A stretch of DNA of 5,702 nucleotides from positions 1-5,702 of the forward strand of contig NW_021829974.1 in the NCBI RefSeq assembly GCF_006345805.1, given 5' to 3'. The notes beneath the pieces were generated by a model. The model saw only the letters and a program-made list of their open reading frames with translations, did not search any database and was not told the DNA's origin. Position 1 is the first letter of the stretch. Each line of letters starts with the position of its first letter. Both the position numbers and the translations under genes were made by a program. Origin of the DNA: Octopus sinensis (taxonomy: Eukaryota). Of the stretch, positions 1-5,242 are shown piece after piece.

Positions 1-402
1 GACGAAGTGGCAAGTCTATTCTGGATAGGTTTGATCAGTTGCTATGATTATATCGAAGCTGAGGAAAACAGCTCAGGGTGGTATATGAAAAATGCCGTGG
101 AGCCATCGCTGAAACACACGAAGAAGGCCAGCGTCATCAAAAAGAAAAAAAATTGTGTAATGAAAGAAAAATTTAAAGGAGAAAGGAACATAAGACAAAA
201 AAAAAAAGAACAGGAAAAGCATAGAAGGAAAAAATGTACGGTCAATTTGCAAGAGGTGTGAGCGCCAAGACAAATACAGTGGACCGTGGCTATGGATGAG
301 GTGGAGTGACTTGAATATAGGAAGCACTCATATGCGCAGCTCAAGAACAAGCGTTAAGGATCAACTATATGAAGTGCAGAATTAGACAACACCACCGACG
401 GC

Positions 403-970
403 GACAAATGCAGAGTGTGTGGGGAGAAGGGTGAAACGGCATGGCACATCGTCAGCGAATGCCCGAAATTGATATAACACGAATACAAAAGATGACATGG
501 CAATGTGGCAAGAATGATTCATTGAGAGCTTTGTGGAAATCACGGCCTACGAAGAGCAAAGACGTGATATGAGAAAATCCCAGAAGGAGTCATTGAAAAT
601 GGGAATTGCAAAATTTCGTGGAATGCAATGGTTCAGTACGACCACCTGGCCAGACATCGGAAACCGGACATTGTTGTGGTGAATGAAAAAGGAAGAACAT
701 GCATGATAATCAACATAGCATGCTCCGGTGACAACAGGATCAATGTGAAAGAAAAAAAAACAAAACAACTATAACGAATTGAAGTGGTGAATACGAAGGT
801 TATGTGCTTAATGAGGAGAGTAGACGTAATACCAATAGTAATTGGCGCACTCGGAAGTATCAGCACTCAACTAACAACATATCTGGAAAAGATTGGTGCA
901 ATTGTGAAGGCAGAACACCTACAAAAATCAGCAATGCTTGGAACTGCAAGAATTCCTTGCAGGGTTCTTG
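403..970 (+). pseudogene. Inactivated zinc-knuckle and restriction-like endonuclease coding region of the LINE ORF
   Basis: Frame +1: C-x2-C..H..C at 409-462; stops at 475 (TAA), 493 (TGA, in the RHD motif, which now reads *HG), 523 and 565 (TGA at expected Trp); PD at 664-669; the expected second catalytic Asp reads Asn (AAC 712-714); frameshifts in the A-run at ~751-765 and near 800. Confidence 0.85.
959..970. repeat. Left target-site duplication GCAGGGTTCTTG (partner at 1273-1284)
   Basis: Exact 12-bp direct repeat; removing the intervening DNA restores the LINE reading RVL-EA. Confidence 0.92.
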
Positions 971-1270
971 CTTGTTCCTTCTCGAGCCATGTCTGGCTCA
1001 TAAGGGCCGGTTTTCCCGGTTTCCTTGGTGTATAGGTTCCCCACATGGACGGGACGCCGGTCCGTCGCAGGTGAGCTGCAAGATGCAGGAAGAAAGAGTG
1101 AGAGAAAGTTGTGGCGAAAGGGTCAGCAGAAGTTCGCCATTACCTTCTGCCGGAGCCGCGTGGAGCTTAGGTGTTTCGCTCATAAACGCACACATCGCCC
1201 GGTCTGAGATTCGAACTCGCGATTACTCGACCGCGAGTCCGCTGCTCTAACCACTAGGCCATGTGGCTCC
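971..1270 (-). mobile_element. Full-length tRNA-derived SINE (family A) with 12-bp TSD
   Basis: Minus strand starts GGAGCCACA-TGGCCTAGTGG (A box, 1251-1261) and has GAGTTCGAATC (B box, 1208-1218). It ends with the hairpin GAGCCA-gaca-TGGCTC and AAGGAACAAG. Flanked by identical GCAGGGTTCTTG at 959-970 and 1273-1284. Confidence 0.9.
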
Positions 1271-1401
1271 AAGCAGGGTTCTTGAAGCATGGTCAGTAAA
1301 CAAGTGTTACCATGGTCTGCTGGCTGTGGACAACTGACACGTCCCATCATTCCTAGCAAAATAAGCTGTGAGTTTTCATCAGATAATAATGATAGTAATA
1401 A

Positions 1402-2099
1402 CCCTTTCTACTGGTACTTAATTTATCGACCCCGAAAGGATGAAAGGCAAAGTCGACCTCGGCGGAATTTGAACTCAGAACATAAAGACAGACGAAATAC
1501 CTATTTCTTTACTACCCTCAAGGGGCTAAACACAGAGGGGACAAACAAGGACAGACAAACGGATTAAGTCGATTATATCGACCCCAGTGCGTAACTGGTA
1601 CTATTTAATCGACTCCGAAAGGATGAAAGGCAAGTCGACCTCGGCGGAATTTGAACTCAGAACGTAGCGGCAGACGAATAACCTATTTCTTTACTAGCCA
1701 CAAGGGGCTAAACACAGAGGGGACAACAAGGACAGACAAACGGATTAGTCGATTAATATCGACCCCAGTGCGTAACTGGTACTTAATTTATCGACCCCGA
1801 AAGGATGAAAGGTAAAGTCTACCTCGGCGGAATTTGAACTCAGAACGTAGCGGCAGACGAAATACCTATTTCTTTACTACCCACAAGGGGCTAAACACAG
1901 AGGGGACAAACAAGGACAGACAAACGGATTAAGTCGATTATATCGACCCAAGTGCGTAACTGGTACTTATTTAATCGACCCCGAAAGGATGAAAGGCAAA
2001 GTCGACCTCGGCGGAATTTGAACTCAGAACGTAACGGCAGACGAAATACCGCTAAGCATTTCGCCCGGCGTGCTAACGTTTCTGCCAGCTCGCCGCCTT
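1402..2099 (-). mobile_element. Head-to-tail concatemer of a tRNA-derived SINE (family B): one head-bearing unit, two ~183-bp internal units and one 3'-divergent unit
   Basis: CTGGTAC recurs at 1411, 1595, 1776 and 1960 (periods 184/181/184). Unit junctions (+ strand GAAATAC|CTATTTC) at 1500/1501, 1682/1683 (slightly variant) and 1865/1866. Only 2050-2099 has the head with an A-box-like TGGCAGAAACG (2077-2087). B box GAGTTCAAATT at 2015-2025, 1831-1841, 1648-1658 and 1466-1476. The body contains GCCTTTCATCCTTTCGGGGTCGAT, which from recall resembles the Meta-type SINE domain and a highly abundant octopus SINE. Confidence 0.88.
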
Positions 2100-2129
2100 G
2101 ATAATAATAATAATAGTAGTTGTAGCAGT

Positions 2130-2184
<55 letters not shown>

Positions 2185-2301
2185 ATAACAGCACCAGGAA
2201 CAACGACAATATTAATATTAATAGCAGCTGTAGCATTTGTAAGGGTGAGGAGGAAGAGGAGGAGGAGAAGAAGAAGTAGAAGAAGAAGAAGAGTGCATTG
2301 A
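2100..2301. repeat. Compound trinucleotide microsatellite (TAA)(TAG)(CAG)(TAG)..(GAG)(AAG), degenerate purine-rich continuation to ~2360
   Basis: Directly visible; accounts for the poly-S, poly-L, poly-V and poly-E ORFs in the track. Confidence 0.95.
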
Positions 2302-2601
2302 AGAACATCAAGGAGAATGAGAGGAAGGCAGAGAAGGAAGTTGCTGTAGATGAGGATGCAAAATGTGTTACCAATTAATTAATCTGAGCATTTTTCCTCT
2401 GGCGCGTAATTAGGAATATGTAATTAACGGTTGTGGAATTTGGTAGGTGTAAGTAACGATGTGTAGACAGATCTATAGAGAGCATGCGTAGATGGGATTT
2501 ACAATTAACGGTGTGTAATTATCTCTGTGCAATTAAAGGTGTGTTATGTCGAGATGTTTGCATTATGTTTACGGTATGTGAGTTCATGTATGAACTCTTG
2601 T

Positions 2602-2631
2602 CGTTGCTATTGCTGTTGTTGTTGTTGTTGT
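2602..2631. repeat. (TTG)n microsatellite
   Basis: CGTTGCTATTGCTGTTGTTGTTGTTGTTGT. Confidence 0.85.
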
Positions 2632-2676
2632 CTTGTCCCCAACTGACCCCACCACTGTCCCCTTCTGAACGTGCAG

Positions 2677-2723
2677 AGACACATGATGAAAGCCATTTCC
2701 AGTGCCCATCTCGACGAGGATGT
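2677..2723 (+). CDS. Candidate isolated 47-nt internal exon of an unknown host gene
   Basis: Branch-point-like CTGAC at 2643-2647, pyrimidine-rich tract, first AG in ~90 nt at 2675-2676 (CAG), donor GTAAGT at 2724-2729. Two frames are open (RHMMKAISSAHLDED or THDESHFQCPSRRGC). No protein recognised. Confidence 0.33.
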
Positions 2724-2930
2724 GTAAGTAGTGTGGTGTGACGAATATTAAATAGTTACACTCTATGTGTGGTACTAGATGCTCTCAGCCAACGAAGTGT
2801 CCTTTCTTCTATTGTTTTAAATATTCCGAGTACAAGGAAGTGAATTGAATGAGATTTGACTGCTATTTGTTGCAGATCGAATGATTTTATAGAACATTGG
2901 TTCATAATCATTTTTCACCTATGGACCGAA

Positions 2931-2976
2931 CTGATCCCTGATTTTACTGATCCCTGATTTTACTGATACCTATTTT
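2931..2976. repeat. 16-bp tandem repeat CTGATCCCTGATTTTA x2 plus a degenerate third copy
   Basis: 2931-2946 and 2947-2962 are identical; 2963-2976 reads CTGATACCTATTTT. Confidence 0.9.
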
Positions 2977-3577
2977 GGATCTTTACCTTTTGACCTACAG
3001 ATTTAAAAAAATATTTTTTTTGTAACTAAACACTTTCAAACTTCGGACACTGGTAGAATGTGTCATATAAAACATTTTTACTCTTAGCATTTTTGAGAAA
3101 AACTTATATTTACGAAGTTATTTCACGTTAATACGTAGTCCTATTTCGGTCATTTCAACCAATCAATGATGTGTATTCAGCTGAATAAAATTACTACTGT
3201 TGTTTATCAACAAGAACTTCCGGCGGTGCATATTTCGTTTGTCACTGTTACTTATGACAACCCTAACCCTAAAACCTTAACCCTAACCCTAACCCTAAAA
3301 CCCCAACCCTAACCCTAACCCTAAAACCTTAAAGCTAAAATCAGAACAAACGCAAGAACGATGTCATAAATAACAGTGACAAACACGTCATTGATTGGTT
3401 GAAATTACCGAAATACTACAAATTTAACGTGAAATAACTTCGTAAATATAAGTTTTTCTCAAAAATGCTATGAGTAAAAGATGTTTTATACGACACATTC
3501 TACCAGTGTCCGAAGTTTGAAAGTGTTTAGTTACAAAAAATTATTTTCTAAATCTGTAGGTCAAAAGGTAAAGATCC
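2977..3577. mobile_element. Non-autonomous foldback DNA transposon (MITE), 601 bp, ~200-bp TIRs, 8-bp TSD
   Basis: 2977-3174 is the reverse complement of 3383-3577: the terminal 29 bp (GGATCTTTACCTTTTGACCTACAGATTTA) match perfectly, with roughly 15 differences overall by eye. TSD CCTATTTT at 2969-2976 and 3578-3585. No coding capacity; superfamily not resolved (GG termini with an 8-bp TSD suggest Merlin; long TIRs suggest Mutator/Foldback). Confidence 0.93.
3259..3340. repeat. Interstitial telomere-like (CCCTAA)n tract inside the MITE
   Basis: Eight perfect CCCTAA hexamers punctuated by AACCTTAA/AACCCCAA octamers at 3273, 3299 and 3325 (26-bp higher-order period). Confidence 0.95.
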
Positions 3578-3660
3578 CCTATTTTACTCTATTGGACCCC
3601 TATAGCTTTTTGATGAACCAAAAAAGAAAAATTAGTCCTACCATATTTTTATAATTAAAT

Positions 3661-3822
3661 ATTCTATTCTTTTATTCTCTTGTTTGTTTAAGTCATCCAA
3701 CTGCAGCCATCTTGGGAACACCAATTTCAAGAATTGTAGTCGAAGACTTATTCTTTGTGAACCAAGTACTTATTCTTTCGGCCTTTTGCCGAACCGATAA
3801 GTTATGAGAACATAAACACACC
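3661..3822 (-). mobile_element. Degenerate interspersed repeat (family C, SINE-like), copy 1
   Basis: 3767-3822 aligns with 3949-4005 within the window (TACTTATTCTwTCGG..TTTTGCCGAACCG..AGTTA). The ATTCTTTTATTCT..GTCA..CTGCAGCCAT..GCAC-like end resembles, from recall, a very common octopus repeat. Strand is inferred from the A-rich tail on the minus strand. Confidence 0.6.
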
Positions 3823-3830
3823 TGTCTGTC

Positions 3831-3838
3831 TATATATA

Positions 3839-3905
<67 letters not shown>

Positions 3906-3906
3906 A
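3831..3906. repeat. (TA)n microsatellite
   Basis: Directly visible. Confidence 0.97.
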
Positions 3907-4080
3907 TAGTTGAACAAATCGGCCCCATTACTTGAAGTTTAAGTCTGATACTTATTCTATCGGTTTCTTTTGCCGAACCGCCTAGTTACGAGAAATACAA
4001 ACCAACACCAGTTGTCAAGAGGTGGTAGAGGTGGTGGTGGTGGCGACGGTGGGACAGATACAACACAAACACAAAAACGT
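3907..4080 (-). mobile_element. Family C repeat, copy 2 (with GGT run), leading into (CA)n
   Basis: Homologous to copy 1 over ~56 bp; TAGTTGAACAAATCGGCCCC at 3907-3926 is a decayed version of the TCGAC..ATCGACCCC module also seen in family B. Confidence 0.6.
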
Positions 4081-4082
4081 GG

Positions 4083-4310
4083 ACACACACACACACACGC
4101 ATATATATACATATACATACATACGCATACATATAAACACATACACACGTACATACATACATACATATATACATACATACATATATACATACATACATGC
4201 ATACATATATACATACATACATGCATACATACATGCATACGTACTTACATACATATATATATATATCATACTTACATACATACATATATACATACATACA
4301 TCCAAATATA
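4083..4310. repeat. (CA)n/(TACA)n/(TA)n compound microsatellite
   Basis: Directly visible; source of the HTYI/MYVC ORFs. Confidence 0.97.
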
Positions 4311-4369
4311 CATGCACTCATTTTGTCTTTCCCGAACACTGTCGCTTATATTTTGTTTCTTTACAACAA

Positions 4370-4485
4370 GCTCTCTCTCCCTCTATCTCTTTCTCTCTCT
4401 TCCTTTCTCTCTTCCTCTCTCCCTCTATCTCTTTCTCTCAATTCCTTTCTCTTCCTCTTTCTCCCACTCTCTCTCCCTCTCCTAC
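4370..4485. repeat. (CT)-rich polypyrimidine tract
   Basis: Almost purely C/T, with an internal repeat of CTCTCCCTCTATCTCTTTCTCTC. Confidence 0.9.
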
Positions 4486-4598
4486 CACCTTCATTCACTT
4501 GTTTTCATGAAAAATAAGTCGTTAAAAAATTTTCTGTGAAATAATTTGAAAATGCTTGTGAAAGAGAATATTTATGAAAATGCTTACACTATATCCAT

Positions 4599-4768
4599 CG
4601 CTACGTTCTGAGTTCAAATTCCGCCGAGGTCGACTTTGCCTTTCATCCTTTCGGGGTCGATAAATAAAGTACCTGTTTCGAACTGGGGTCGATGTAATCG
4701 ACTTAATCCCTTTGTCTGTCCTTGTTTGTCCCCTCTATGTTTAGCACCTTGAGGGCAATAAAGAAATA
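4599..4768 (+). mobile_element. Solo 5'-truncated monomer of the family B SINE unit with 9-bp TSD
   Basis: Reverse-complement match to the 1501-2049 units (CGCTACGTTCTGAGTTCAAATTCCGCCGAGGTCGAC...AAAGAAATA); B box at 4610-4620, no A box; TATATCCAT at 4590-4598 and 4769-4777. Confidence 0.92.
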
Positions 4769-5020
4769 TATATCCATTTATCATATCAAATTTACTTACA
4801 AGTTTTTCATTTCAAGTTTTATTTCATTGATGCATAAATCTATAAACAATGCTCCGTTCATTGATGAAAGCCTTACATTACTATGTCTAAATCGAATTTG
4901 CATTCATTATCGACTAAAATATTAATTTCGGATAACATTTTGATTACAATACAATAATATAGTTGACATACTGCACTATTTGTTTCCACATAAGAATTTT
5001 CAGTTCAACTCACACTGGCA

Positions 5021-5048
5021 ATATATTATATATATATATATATATATA
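5021..5048. repeat. (TA)n microsatellite
   Basis: Directly visible; abuts the Penelope-like segment. Confidence 0.9.
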
Positions 5049-5242
5049 GTTAATCCAAACATGAAAACACAACAACGCGAGGACGTGGAACAAGTATAGT
5101 GTTATTGGACGCTCAGGAAAAGAAAGAAAAAGGGAGGATTTAACGTTTCGAGCGGAGCTCCTCGTCAGAAACATAGGAAAAGGAAAGATCCAAGGAAGGG
5201 AAGACGGAGGAAAAAAATCGCCAACAATACACACGCGGTCAC
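5049..5242 (-). mobile_element. Penelope-like element terminal-repeat (pLTR) fragment between (TA)n and (CA)n tracts
   Basis: Contains a minimal hammerhead motif of the kind established for Penelope-like elements; pyrimidine-rich on the minus strand; sharp boundaries at microsatellites. No ORF, so the assignment rests on the ribozyme type and recalled similarity. Confidence 0.65.
5138..5172 (-). ncRNA. Minimal type I hammerhead ribozyme
   Basis: Minus strand GUUU-CUGACGA-G-GAGC(UCC)GCUC-GAAA-CG-UU-AAAU: core CUGANGA at 5168-5162, stem II 4 bp, GAAA at 5149-5146, palindromic AACGUU helix III, GUU cleavage triplet, stem I UUU/AAA plus G-U. Confidence 0.75.

Larger units (their letters stand above)
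1..1401 (+). mobile_element. Degenerate 3' portion of an R4/Dong-like (RLE-class) non-LTR retrotransposon, interrupted by a SINE at 971-1272; 3' UTR and TAA-like tail at ~1285-1401
   Basis: Stitching frames gives GLISCYDYIEAEENSSGWY..KMYGQFAR..WLWMR..EALICAAQEQALRINY (321-368, frame 3)..DKCRVCGEKGETAWHIVSEC (403-462, CCHC knuckle)..EYKR*HGNVARMIH*..RHRKPDIVVVN..IINIAC.GD..NYNELKW..VDVIPIVIGALG..HLQKSAMLGTARI..RVL. This motif order is typical of the R4/Dong/Rex6 C-terminus. The reading resumes after the SINE (RVL-EA at 1285) and ends in ATAATAATGATAGTAATAA (1383-1401). Confidence 0.85.

Noticed and set aside
475-714. All four LINE stops and the D-to-N changes are C>T or G>A transitions, suggesting deaminase or RIP-like hypermutation
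   Set aside because: Both directions occur in mixed contexts, ancestral codons are only inferred, and the count is small; consistent with ordinary neutral decay.
804-1250. 148-aa ORF on the plus strand
   Set aside because: Off-frame LINE sequence fused to antisense SINE A across an insertion junction.
1376-1382. CTGATGA on the minus strand near the LINE tail (also CTGACGA at 450-456)
   Set aside because: Neither is followed by a stem II and GAAA; chance matches.
1600-1760. Cluster of single-base indels in the middle array units as a distinct subfamily signature
   Set aside because: Mostly in homopolymer or short runs and cannot be distinguished from sequencing or consensus error without reads.
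1411-2049. CRISPR-like or tRNA gene array interpretation of the ~183-bp periodic repeat
   Set aside because: The entire unit repeats with no unique spacers, there are no cas genes and the context is eukaryotic. The units have a B box but no cloverleaf.
1402-2099. Hammerhead ribozyme in the concatemer units (retrozyme model)
   Set aside because: No CUGANGA core on either strand within the units, so a rolling-circle model has no visible self-cleaving motif. Other ribozyme classes cannot be excluded by eye.
2024-2374. Poly-Leu, poly-Ser and poly-Val ORFs
   Set aside because: Translations of a trinucleotide microsatellite.
2820-2890. GTGAATTGAATGAGATTTGACTGCTATTTG segment resembling a remembered octopus repeat
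   Set aside because: Recall-level similarity only; no boundaries, TSD or second copy in the window.
3259-3340. True chromosome end or telomere fusion site
   Set aside because: Single orientation, short, and enclosed within TIRs and a TSD.
2897-3621. 9-bp inverted pair TTGGTTCAT / ATGAACCAA outside the MITE as TIRs of an older host element
   Set aside because: Too short in AT-rich DNA, does not extend, and has no TSD.
3957-4539. Long ORFs (189, 162, 117 aa and others) rich in HTYI or MYVC
   Set aside because: Translations of (TACA)n, (CA)n and (CT)n repeats; open in several frames on both strands.
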